Shown here in pieces: positions 1 to 8,142 of a stretch of DNA of 64,000 nt. Below the pieces are notes generated by a model that saw only the letters and a list, made by a program, of their open reading frames with translations, had not been told where the DNA came from and did no database searches. This DNA is from Candidatus Omnitrophota bacterium (GTDB lineage Bacteria > Omnitrophota > Gorgyraeia > JAFGHF01): assembly GCA_042571705.1 (NCBI GenBank), contig JBHPFV010000002.1:46822-110821 (forward strand). Reading direction: 5' to 3'. A program made the position numbers and the translations under genes. The first letter of the stretch is position 1. Each line of letters opens with the position of its first letter.

Positions 1-46
1 CCCGATTGAGTTTGGCTCAGCTTCCCGATTGAATTGGGACCTGGTC

Positions 47-898
47 CTACTTGAGGGAGAGACGGTACTTTTTGAGCATGGCGTCGGGCCGGTAGGATGA
101 TTTGGCGGCTTTCAAGGGTTCCTTGCCTAGGTCTTCTTCGAAATTAAAGTACTTGTATTTGGCGGGTAAAATCCCGGCGAAGTTATTATACATGTATTGA
201 TAGATGCCCTTGAACTGCTTTTTGGCCTTGGCAAAATTAAGCACAAACGTATCGCTGCCTAATTCTTCACCGAGGATAAATCCGGCCGGCTGGTCATTAA
301 CATAATATATGCCGCCGCAAAGCACCAATTCCTCATTCATCTTCAAGGCCTCCAGGCAAGGATAGTAATCAGTAACTTCTTTAGGATCAGGCATCTGTTC
401 TTGCCAGTCTTCTAAAATAGCCAGGGCATCGTCGATTCTCTCCGCGGTTAAGGGTTGAGCTTGGTGTTTATAGAGCGTGGTAAACTGTTTCAGCAGATTA
501 CGTTTATTATGCAACTTGCGGCCCTGATAAGTGGCCATTTTTTTCACGGAATAGATATAATCAGATTCACCGGCATTAAATGAACGCTGAAACTGATCCA
601 GCTTAAATGCATTCAGCCACTGCTCAGGAATCGGGAATAAAAAATCTACGCCTGTTAACAGACTTTTTAAATATCCCTGATCAATTTTTGAAATGTCACT
701 GGTCGGCATCAGATAACTAAACCCGTCATAGCTTTTACCCTTGATAAATAATTCCCGATCAAGGACCAACTCAAAATTATGCAGATCTCTGAATAGATAG
801 AGGTTGGCAAAGCTGTATTCGGAGATCGGGATATTGATCTGTTTCATCCTGGAGAAAAGCAATTGTTTATGTTTTAGTTCTATTTTTTCAGTGCGCAT
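47..898 (-). CDS. DUF2156 / LPG-synthase-C-like (tandem GNAT-like) domain protein, function unknown
   Basis: ORF track 47..1045. The first ATG (MRTEKIELKH, codon 896-898) overlaps the stop of the upstream GH5 gene by 11 nt, which suggests translational coupling. Weak similarity to the MprF C-terminal/DUF2156 pattern (..NAGESDYIYSVKK..LKQF..). Confidence 0.4.
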   Translation of the reverse strand: MRTEKIELKHKQLLFSRMKQINIPISEYSFANLYLFRDLHNFELVLDRELFIKGKSYDGFSYLMPTSDISKIDQGYLKSLLTGVDFLFPIPEQWLNAFKLDQFQRSFNAGESDYIYSVKKMATYQGRKLHNKRNLLKQFTTLYKHQAQPLTAERIDDALAILEDWQEQMPDPKEVTDYYPCLEALKMNEELVLCGGIYYVNDQPAGFILGEELGSDTFVLNFAKAKKQFKGIYQYMYNNFAGILPAKYKYFNFEEDLGKEPLKAAKSSYRPDAMLKKYRLSLK

Positions 899-2090
899 AT
901 TTAGAGAGCAGCTTGCTGATATATTTGTTTTCGGTAAATTTTTCCGTTTGCCAAGAAGCAGCGATTTGCTTTTTATTGGTCGGCCAAAGCTGGATAAAAT
1001 TCTCCCAGCCTGAGATTGGCCCCTCCCGCCTGACCCAGGGCGCATTGGGTAAATACTGATAAATTCCGTCGGGATAAATCCCCCCGGCCACGGCCTTATA
1101 GGTCCAATAAGTCCAGTGAAAACCGCATTTTTTAAATGCGGCCAAGAGATCCTCCAAGAATCTTAATTCCCCATAATATTTTGGCGAACGGTAATTGATA
1201 CCGAATTCACCAACATAAATCGGCACCTGCCACTTTTGCGCTAACTGTTGATAACCGCTGATGACCTGTTGGATTTTTTGCCGGTTCCAGTATTGGCCGT
1301 CAATATATCCGGGATACCTTAAGTGCGGCTGGAAGTTAAAGGTAAAGTTAATCGGAAGATAAACATGGATACTATAGGCTGTGTTTTTGTCTTTGGGCCG
1401 GCCTAAAGGTCTTAATTGCTGGCCATAATGGTTGGCCTCCAAAAATAAGATATGCTTCTGGTCTACTTTTCTGATCTCTTTTGTCACCTGTTGATAAAGC
1501 CGGAGCAAAACTTTATGGTCTTTGATTACGGCTTCATTTAAGACATCATACCCGGCAATAGTCGGTTCATCTTTGTAGCGCGCGGCAATCTCACGCCAGA
1601 CCTTAAAATATAACTCCCGGTTTCTCTTTTCATTCCAGAATAATGCCCGGCCCTCAGAGTCGCTATGCCAATCCGGGTTCTGTGCCCCGGGGGCGGCGTG
1701 CAAATCTAAGATCAGCCAAATCCTTAATTTTCGGCACCAGCTGATTAGGCGATCCAGATAATTCCAGGCCCGCTCTTGCGCAACCAAGCGATAATTAAAC
1801 GGCACCCGGATACAATTAGCGCCCAGATTTTTTATGCGCTTAATATCGGAGGCAGTGATGTAATTTTGGCGGAACAGCTGCTTGAAGTTGGCTAATTCTT
1901 TTTTCCCGTTTACCCGCGCAAAATCTTGTTTTAAAAGATGCGCGGCGAAATTTCGCCCGTGCAAGATATATCCTTCCATCATCAACCAGCAGCCCAAATT
2001 TACTCCGCGCAAAAAGACCGGGCGACCATTTTGTTCAATGATCTGCGTACCCTGGACTCTCAACCAAGATAACTGATCAGCCAATTGCAT
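888..2090 (-). CDS. Glycoside hydrolase family 5 (cellulase-like) enzyme
   Basis: GH5 hallmarks: GVNLGCWL.., ..ANCIRVPF.., ..LILDLHAAPG.., catalytic LNEAV. The first ATG is MQLADQ at 2090. The track's longer 2168 start is a TTG that would overlap ksgA by 92 nt. Confidence 0.7.
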   Translation of the reverse strand: MQLADQLSWLRVQGTQIIEQNGRPVFLRGVNLGCWLMMEGYILHGRNFAAHLLKQDFARVNGKKELANFKQLFRQNYITASDIKRIKNLGANCIRVPFNYRLVAQERAWNYLDRLISWCRKLRIWLILDLHAAPGAQNPDWHSDSEGRALFWNEKRNRELYFKVWREIAARYKDEPTIAGYDVLNEAVIKDHKVLLRLYQQVTKEIRKVDQKHILFLEANHYGQQLRPLGRPKDKNTAYSIHVYLPINFTFNFQPHLRYPGYIDGQYWNRQKIQQVISGYQQLAQKWQVPIYVGEFGINYRSPKYYGELRFLEDLLAAFKKCGFHWTYWTYKAVAGGIYPDGIYQYLPNAPWVRREGPISGWENFIQLWPTNKKQIAASWQTEKFTENKYISKLLSKYAH

Positions 2091-2931
2091 ACCCCCTTTT
2101 GTAAAAACAATGCTCAAGCTCAGCAAAGCCCTCAACAGCAACAGTCTCCGGCCGTTGCTGAGGATCAATGCCGGCCTGTTTTAAGGCGCAAGCTATTTGT
2201 TCTTTTTCAATATCAACTAATCGATGAGCCAAAGAATTGGCCATGGTTTTGCGGCGCTGCTGAAAACAGGCCTGGACAATCTTAAAGAACTGCTCCTGCT
2301 GATGGACTTGCACCCGCGGCTGTGGTAGCACTGCTAAACGGACAAACACCGAATCTACCCGAGGTTGGGGATAAAAGGCCTTCTTAGGGATAGCAAAAAG
2401 AATTTTGGCATCGGTAAAGTATTGGACCATGATACTCAAAGAAGAATAATCCTTGGTCCTGGTTTCAGCTACCAGGCGCTTTCCGACTTCACGCTGCACA
2501 GTAATAAATATTTCAGCAATATTCTTTCTCTGCTCCTCTAATAAACATCCGATAATCGGGGTGCTGATATAATAGGGAAGATTCCCGATTACTTTTAGGT
2601 CCGCCTCAGTAATCTTATTGATGTTGACATCTAAAATATCCGCGCGCATAAACTTAAGGCTGCTATATTTGTTTAGATTGCGTTGTAATATTTTGAATAA
2701 CCCTTTGTCCTTCTCCACCGCGATGACCTCTTGAGCCTGTTTAGCTAAATCTTCGGTCAGCGCGCCTAAGCCCGGGCCAATTTCCAGGACCTGATCGGTC
2801 GGGTTGATCCGGGTGGCTTGAATCAGTTTTTTCTGGATGTTCTGATCAACCAGAAAATTCTGCCCGCGGTACTTGCTGATCCCGATCCGCTCCCGCCTCA
2901 ACACCTCTTTTATCTCTTTAATTGTCAGCAT
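2077..2931 (-). CDS. rsmA: 16S rRNA (adenine1518/1519-N6)-dimethyltransferase RsmA/KsgA
   Basis: NFLVDQNIQKK.., SAM motif LEIGPGLGALTEDL, VIAVEKD. Length 284 aa. Confidence 0.9.
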   Translation of the reverse strand: MLTIKEIKEVLRRERIGISKYRGQNFLVDQNIQKKLIQATRINPTDQVLEIGPGLGALTEDLAKQAQEVIAVEKDKGLFKILQRNLNKYSSLKFMRADILDVNINKITEADLKVIGNLPYYISTPIIGCLLEEQRKNIAEIFITVQREVGKRLVAETRTKDYSSLSIMVQYFTDAKILFAIPKKAFYPQPRVDSVFVRLAVLPQPRVQVHQQEQFFKIVQACFQQRRKTMANSLAHRLVDIEKEQIACALKQAGIDPQQRPETVAVEGFAELEHCFYKRGYAIG

Positions 2932-3225
2932 CTCTTCTCTTCTTCTCTATCTATACAGGGCTCGGGGTCCTGTCTCGGGTGCGCTTTCGGTGCTCGTTCC
3001 CCTAAAGGGGTGGGCCTTGCCCTCCTTTAGACAAGGGCCCTAGATTACAGTCCCTGGCTGCCGAAGGCAGACAAGAAACTTATACTATCTGTGTTTTCTC
3101 TCACTGCGCGCCGAAAGCTAGCACCCTCGCCACCCCTCGCCAACATCGATGATTGCACATGCGAGCTGTTTTTGCATTTAAATGCTGGTGGGCGGCTAAG
3201 CGGCCATCAGCAATTTATTGGCAAT

Positions 3226-3410
3226 AGAGTTGTGAGCATTTACAGTGAGCAAATGGCGGAACTGACCGAGAACTCACCCAATTATATTCTTACGAGGGAA
3301 TTCCGCCAAATTTGCGAACTGCCTCTCCTTAAATTCACAGTTTAGCAGGCCACGAGCGAAGCGAGTGGTAAATGCCACAACTCGGCAAAAAATTGCAGGC
3401 CGCGAGACGC
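3226..3410. repeat. Copy 1 of a ~185-nt structured intergenic element with terminal inverted repeats (second copy at 52976-53160)
   Basis: A 47-nt block (3226-3272) and a 43-nt block (3281-3323) are identical to the 52976.. copy, with about 85-90% identity overall. Internal stem GCAAATGGCGGAA / TTCCGCCAAATTTGC encloses a variable loop. Second hairpin CGAGTGG-taaatg-CCACaaCTCG. Flanking inverted repeats cagcaatttattggc / gccaaaaaattgcag (read on + strand). Confidence 0.8.
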
Positions 3411-3480
3411 ACACCAGCATTCAACAAAGAACAAAAACACCGAGCAAAAGTCAGTCCGCGTGAGTCAGACCCTGAGTCAG

Positions 3481-5202
3481 TCATTTGTCTCGCTTTTGCT
3501 TGATTGCCCGGAGCAGTTTTTCCAAGGGCAGGGTGTTGATCAGGTCTTGCTTCTGCAGCCATCCCCGCCTGGCAACCGTAACCCCTAACGGCATAAATTG
3601 TAAATGCTCAAGGGTATGGGCGTCAGTGTTAATCGACATCCGCACCCCTAATTCCTGCGCCCGGCGACAGTTAACATCGATCAAATCCAATCGATCAGGA
3701 AAGGCGCTGATTTCCATAAACGTATTAGTCTCAGCGGCCTTTTTCAATACCGCTTCGATATCTAAAGCATAAGGCTCACGCTGAGCTAACAGCCTGCCCG
3801 ATGGATGGGCGATGATGCTGACATATTTATTTTCCATTGCCGAGATCATCCGCTGAGTCAGCTGTTGCCGGCTTTGCTTAAAACCAGTGTGGATAGCGGC
3901 GACGACGATATCCAGCTGCTTTAATACTCTATCCGGGTAGTCTAAGCTGCCGTCTGACTTGATATCCACCTCACTGCCGGATAAAATTCGAAAACCTTTT
4001 AATTTTTTATTTATTTTATGAATAAGTTCGCTCTGTTTCTTTAAACGATCAATACTTAAGCCATTGGCAATTTTTATTGATTGCGAGTGATCGCAAATTG
4101 CAATATACTGATAGCCCATGGCCGCCGCGGACCGAACCAGATCTTCAATCTTGACCGTGCCGTCACTCCAGCGAGAATGCAGATGTAAATCCCCCTTGAT
4201 TGATGAGAACTCGACTAGTTTGGGTAAGGCACTATTCTGTGCCGCCTCAATTTCACCCCTGTCTTCACGCAGCTCCGCGGGTATCGGGTCGAGTTTAAGC
4301 TGCCTGTATATTTCCTGTTCAGTCTTTCCGGCTAGCCATTTTTTATTTTTAAATACTCCATATTCATTAATCTTTAAGCCTTGCTTGATCGCTAACTGAC
4401 GCAGTTTGATATTGTGCTGTGTAGACCCGGTAAAATATAATAATGCCGCCCCAAAGCTTTTCGGCTCGACCACACGCAGATCGACCTGGATATCATTCTG
4501 GCTCAAAATGCTGGATTTTGTCGCGCCTTTTGCTAACACCCGTTTTACTTGTGGCAACTGGGTAAAAACATCCATAACTTTTTTTGGCCGCACAGATGTA
4601 ATCAGGATATCAATGTCTCTGACCGTTTCTTTCTTGCGCCTTAATGATCCGGCCGGCTCAATTTGCTTGATTTCCTTTAGTTTTGCTAAGGCGCCGGTAA
4701 ACTCATCCGCTATGGCCTTAGCCTGCGCCAAAGGCATTCTTTCTTTAGCTTTTTTAACTAAGGCGATCCCCCGGCGAATATTCTCTTCTGTTTTTTCTTT
4801 AAACCCGGGCAAATCCCTGATCTGATGCTTCGACACCGCTTGTTCTAAGTGTTTTAGACTTCTGACGTTTAATTTGTCATATAGGGTCTTGGCGGTCTTA
4901 GGTCCTACTCCGGGCACAGACATCAAAATAGTCAGCCCTTCCGGTATATTGTCGCAAAGCTCTTGATAAAATTTAAGCTTGCCGGTGTTGACAATCTCCT
5001 TTATTTTCTCGGCTAAGTCCTGACCGATTCCGGGGATTTGCTCCAGCGCCTCTTTGGCTGCTAAGTCTTCCACGGCTTGAGGCAGCGACTCAATATTTTG
5101 TGCAGCCTTCAGATAGGCCCGAATGCGAAACGGATTTTGATCCTGAATCTCTAAAATCTCAGCGATTTGACGAAAGATCTGGGCTACTTCCTTATTTTTC
5201 AT
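3481..5202 (-). CDS. polX: DNA polymerase X family protein with C-terminal PHP phosphoesterase domain
   Basis: Pol-beta-like N-terminus (HhH, GIGxxxA), 573 aa, C-terminal PHP histidine motifs (HxHS..., DAH). Matches the bacterial PolX architecture. Confidence 0.85.
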   Translation of the reverse strand: MKNKEVAQIFRQIAEILEIQDQNPFRIRAYLKAAQNIESLPQAVEDLAAKEALEQIPGIGQDLAEKIKEIVNTGKLKFYQELCDNIPEGLTILMSVPGVGPKTAKTLYDKLNVRSLKHLEQAVSKHQIRDLPGFKEKTEENIRRGIALVKKAKERMPLAQAKAIADEFTGALAKLKEIKQIEPAGSLRRKKETVRDIDILITSVRPKKVMDVFTQLPQVKRVLAKGATKSSILSQNDIQVDLRVVEPKSFGAALLYFTGSTQHNIKLRQLAIKQGLKINEYGVFKNKKWLAGKTEQEIYRQLKLDPIPAELREDRGEIEAAQNSALPKLVEFSSIKGDLHLHSRWSDGTVKIEDLVRSAAAMGYQYIAICDHSQSIKIANGLSIDRLKKQSELIHKINKKLKGFRILSGSEVDIKSDGSLDYPDRVLKQLDIVVAAIHTGFKQSRQQLTQRMISAMENKYVSIIAHPSGRLLAQREPYALDIEAVLKKAAETNTFMEISAFPDRLDLIDVNCRRAQELGVRMSINTDAHTLEHLQFMPLGVTVARRGWLQKQDLINTLPLEKLLRAIKQKRDK

Positions 5203-5204
5203 TT

Positions 5205-6266
5205 CTAAAATTTATTTAAGCGCTGCAGCGCTTTAAACTTTTGCACTTGGCCGACTTTTGCCTCGGCCACGGCCTGTTTAAGAATCTGAATAGTGCGGTC
5301 GTAACCGCTCCTGTTGACCGGATAAGGATGGCCGTCTTTGCCACCGTGAGCAAAACTAAAACGTACCGGATCGCGAAAAGAAGGACTCAAGCCCCAAATC
5401 AACTCAGAAATTAACGCTAGCGACCGGATAGTCTTGGGCCCCACTCCGGGTGTGCCTAATAATTGCTCAAAGTCTTGCGGCTGACGCAGATAAGTCTTCA
5501 AAAGTATCCGTTTTAAATTCTCCGGCCGGATGTCGTCCAAAGAAACCGGATGTCGCGAGCTGAGCCGCAACTTATTTAATCCGGCTAATACCTTTTCCGG
5601 TTTAAGCGCGCTCAAATCGGCGCTACGCCTGCGGCAGCTTTGACTCTCCTGGGCGACCATATTCAAGGTCTTGTGTTTTTGGTCGCAACAAACCGCATGA
5701 TGCGGCTCACAGACAAAATCGTTGAGCGTCTCACTCAGCCAATGGTAGCGTCGAGCATATCGAGATTGGCGATTCATCCCTTGCTGGACCACCGACCACT
5801 TTCCCTGCTTGGTAAAAATAAACATATGCTGGTAAAGAGTGTAGCCGTCTTGTAAGGCGGCATTATCTACCTTGGCTGACATTCTACTGGCATAAATTAG
5901 TTTATCGGGAACAACATCAATTAAACGGGCCTGGCCAATCCGATCAATTTCTTCCGGAGTCTTACGTGAAGTGGCCCCCTTGCCCCCGGCAAAGTAAAGC
6001 CCTAACTCCCGGCCAGTGTCTTGTAGTCCCGCTTTTAACGCTGCGCAAACCGTAGTAGTCAGGCCGCTGGAGTGCCAATCAAAACCTAAACAGCAGCCAA
6101 AGGCCTGAAACCAAAATGGGTCACTGATCCGGTTCAGGAACTCATCGGCGCCGTGTTCTTTGACAATTGCGTAAACAATCTCCCGAGCCAGGCCGCTCAT
6201 CCGGCTGAACAGCCAACGCGGGGCCTGCCCATAATGCAATGGTAAATTAGCAATACCGGTGCGCAT
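5205..6266 (-). CDS. DUF763 family protein with helix-hairpin-helix motif
   Basis: N-terminal PLHYGQAPRWLF signature recalled for DUF763. Internal HhH LLGTPGVGPKTIRSLALI. Located immediately downstream of polX. Confidence 0.5.
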   Translation of the reverse strand: MRTGIANLPLHYGQAPRWLFSRMSGLAREIVYAIVKEHGADEFLNRISDPFWFQAFGCCLGFDWHSSGLTTTVCAALKAGLQDTGRELGLYFAGGKGATSRKTPEEIDRIGQARLIDVVPDKLIYASRMSAKVDNAALQDGYTLYQHMFIFTKQGKWSVVQQGMNRQSRYARRYHWLSETLNDFVCEPHHAVCCDQKHKTLNMVAQESQSCRRRSADLSALKPEKVLAGLNKLRLSSRHPVSLDDIRPENLKRILLKTYLRQPQDFEQLLGTPGVGPKTIRSLALISELIWGLSPSFRDPVRFSFAHGGKDGHPYPVNRSGYDRTIQILKQAVAEAKVGQVQKFKALQRLNKF

Positions 6267-6278
6267 AATCTAAAATAT

Positions 6279-7412
6279 TCAGAGTAACCCGGATACGATT
6301 TTCTCTACATAACCGCCAATAAATGCAGCCGAAGTAAGGCCTGGAGAGTCAATGCCGATAAGATTCACAAAACCCGGAAAACCATTATCTTCTTCATGGC
6401 AAATCACAAAGTCTCTAACATCCTCATTTGGGCCTTGCAACTTTGCTCTAATGCCGGCGGTATCAGCGGTTAGATCATCAACCTCAATAAAAGGCAAGAA
6501 CCTGCCCGCATCTTGAGCAAATTTAGCTCGCTGAGTAAGGTCGATATCATAATTCACTGCGTCTTTTTCAATGTAGCTGGCGTCCGGGCCTAAACGCAAG
6601 CCCTGGTCTAAATCAGGCGTAGCGTGAATCCCTAAAGACACACCGCTGGAATCCGGAACCGGGTAAATTAAACGTTTAACCAAAGCGCTTTTGGCGTTAC
6701 TGAGACGAAAGTATTGACCCTTGCAATACTTGAGTAAATAGCGCTTCTTTTTTATATCTATACCTACCGAATCAGCCAGGCTCGCGCTGTTGAGACCGGC
6801 GCAATTAATTAGGATCTTGGTAGAAAAGCTAAAATCAGAACCGTCGGCATCACGCACAAAGACTGTGTAGCCTTGTTTATCCTTGCTAAGCCGGGCAGCC
6901 TCAGTCCGCCAGGCGAATTCCACCCCCGCCGCTTGAGCTTGTTGAAAAAAATACCGCATCAGGTTATGTGAATCAACTATCCCGGTTTCCGGAGAATAGA
7001 GCGCAGCCTGGGCCTCTACAGCAGGCTCTAATCTTTTAATCGCCTGGCGATCCAGAATTTCCAGGCCGGACACACCGTTATTTTGCCCGTTTTGCTGCAA
7101 CTGCTCTAATTGCCTGATTTCTGCAGCTGTTGAGGCCACAATTAATTTGCCTAATTTCTTGTAAGCAATATTATTGTTCTGACAAATTTCGTAGGTCAGG
7201 CGATTACCCTCTACGCAAGCCAAGGCCTTTAAGCTGTTGGGCGGATAGTAAATCCCGGCATGGATGACTTCACTGTTTCTACTTGAGGCCTCCTGACCGA
7301 AGCCTGCAAGCGTCTCCAAAACATAAATTGAGCGATTTTTTCCAGCCAGCTTATCGGCCACGGCCAAGCCAATGATTCCCGCTCCGATAATGGTAATGTC
7401 AATACTTTCCAT
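6279..7412 (-). CDS. lhgO: FAD-dependent oxidoreductase, L-2-hydroxyglutarate oxidase (LhgO/YgaF)-like
   Basis: GxGxxG FAD motif ITIIGAGIIGLA. EVIHAGIYYPPNSLKA and CKGQYFRL...LIYPVPD match the LhgO family. Confidence 0.7.
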   Translation of the reverse strand: MESIDITIIGAGIIGLAVADKLAGKNRSIYVLETLAGFGQEASSRNSEVIHAGIYYPPNSLKALACVEGNRLTYEICQNNNIAYKKLGKLIVASTAAEIRQLEQLQQNGQNNGVSGLEILDRQAIKRLEPAVEAQAALYSPETGIVDSHNLMRYFFQQAQAAGVEFAWRTEAARLSKDKQGYTVFVRDADGSDFSFSTKILINCAGLNSASLADSVGIDIKKKRYLLKYCKGQYFRLSNAKSALVKRLIYPVPDSSGVSLGIHATPDLDQGLRLGPDASYIEKDAVNYDIDLTQRAKFAQDAGRFLPFIEVDDLTADTAGIRAKLQGPNEDVRDFVICHEEDNGFPGFVNLIGIDSPGLTSAAFIGGYVEKIVSGLL

Positions 7413-7469
7413 AAACTTTTCTGGGCAGGCCAGCCTGCCATCTCATAAGCTAGGACGGGGCACACCCGC

Positions 7470-8099
7470 CTACCCTGCTATAAGCTGGGCGGGCAGACCA
7501 ATATCGGCTACAGTCAATTTGCCAACATATGCTTTAGCCGGTGAGCAGGTCAACCCCTTTTTTACCAAACTAAAAGTAACAGTGTGTTTGGCCTTTATCG
7601 CTACTCCACAGACACGGCCTGAGGTCGCATCAATCCCCGAAGGGACATCTAAGGAAAGGGTCGGTTTTGCCGCCGCATTAATAGAACTGATCACTTCGGC
7701 GTAAGGCTGGCGCAGATTACTTTTTAACCCAATGCCAAAAATGGCATCAACCACTAAGTCGCACTTTTTTAATGTACTCTTTAAAGCAGCTGCATTATTA
7801 GCAACAACATTCAGCCCTTGCTTACGCAGAATTTGATAATTGATCTTGGCTGCATTCGGCATTTTTCTACTGCGGCCAAAGAAGAAGACCTTAACTTTTA
7901 GCCCCCAATTGATTAGGTGTCGGGCGCAGACGAAACCATCGCCGCCATTATTCCCGGGCCCGCAAAAAATTACTACTTTAGTCTGACCGGCTCTTAACAT
8001 CTTTAGTGCGCAAACAGCGCTCACCCGGCCGGCGTTTTCCATCAAGACTACGGCCGGAATCCCAAATCTGGCCACAGCAATCCGGTCTATTTGCTGCAT
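7470..8099 (-). CDS. nnrE: NAD(P)H-hydrate epimerase (stand-alone YjeF N-terminal domain)
   Basis: VLMENAGR..., CGPGNNGGDGFV motif. Only 209 aa, with no C-terminal dehydratase domain. Confidence 0.75.
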   Translation of the reverse strand: MQQIDRIAVARFGIPAVVLMENAGRVSAVCALKMLRAGQTKVVIFCGPGNNGGDGFVCARHLINWGLKVKVFFFGRSRKMPNAAKINYQILRKQGLNVVANNAAALKSTLKKCDLVVDAIFGIGLKSNLRQPYAEVISSINAAAKPTLSLDVPSGIDATSGRVCGVAIKAKHTVTFSLVKKGLTCSPAKAYVGKLTVADIGLPAQLIAG

Positions 8100-8142
8100 T
8101 CTCTTCGCTGATACGGTTTTAATTTTAACTTTTTTATTCCTT

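Noticed and set aside
2090-2168. Longer TTG-initiated N-terminus (MILSNGRRLLLLRALLSLSIVFTKGG) for the GH5 gene, resembling a Tat or signal peptide
   Set aside because: It would overlap ksgA by 92 nt in another frame. The first ATG at 2090 gives a normal GH5 N-terminus. I kept it as an open alternative because GH5 enzymes are usually secreted.
804-2285. Small + strand ORFs inside the DUF2156, GH5 and ksgA genes (for example 804..1013, 1882..2076, 2085..2285)
   Set aside because: They are antisense and embedded in well-supported minus-strand genes. They are low-complexity, with no RBS or conservation signal. The same applies to the many other + strand ORFs in the track, which all fall inside minus-strand CDSs.
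3091-3345. 84-aa + strand ORF (MFSLTARRK...VVSIYSEQMAELTENSPNYILTREFRQICELPLLKFTV) overlapping the repeat element
   Set aside because: Copy 2 of the element has a 1-nt length difference in the variable segment, which shifts the frame and creates a stop. The shared sequence is therefore conserved as nucleotide and structure, not as protein. No SD was seen.
2932-3480. Possibility that the 550-bp gap hides RNase P RNA, tmRNA, SRP RNA or 6S RNA
   Set aside because: I found none of the conserved RNase P (GGAAAGTCCGG...), tmRNA tag-ORF/tRNA-like end, or SRP domain IV motifs on either strand. 6S cannot be judged by eye. The region is left as an unclassified structured region.
3335-3562. 75-aa minus-strand ORF overlapping the polX 3' end and the element
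   Set aside because: It runs across the polX stop in another frame and through the non-coding repeat. The composition (Ala/Arg/Gly-rich) is typical of an out-of-frame GC-rich read-through.
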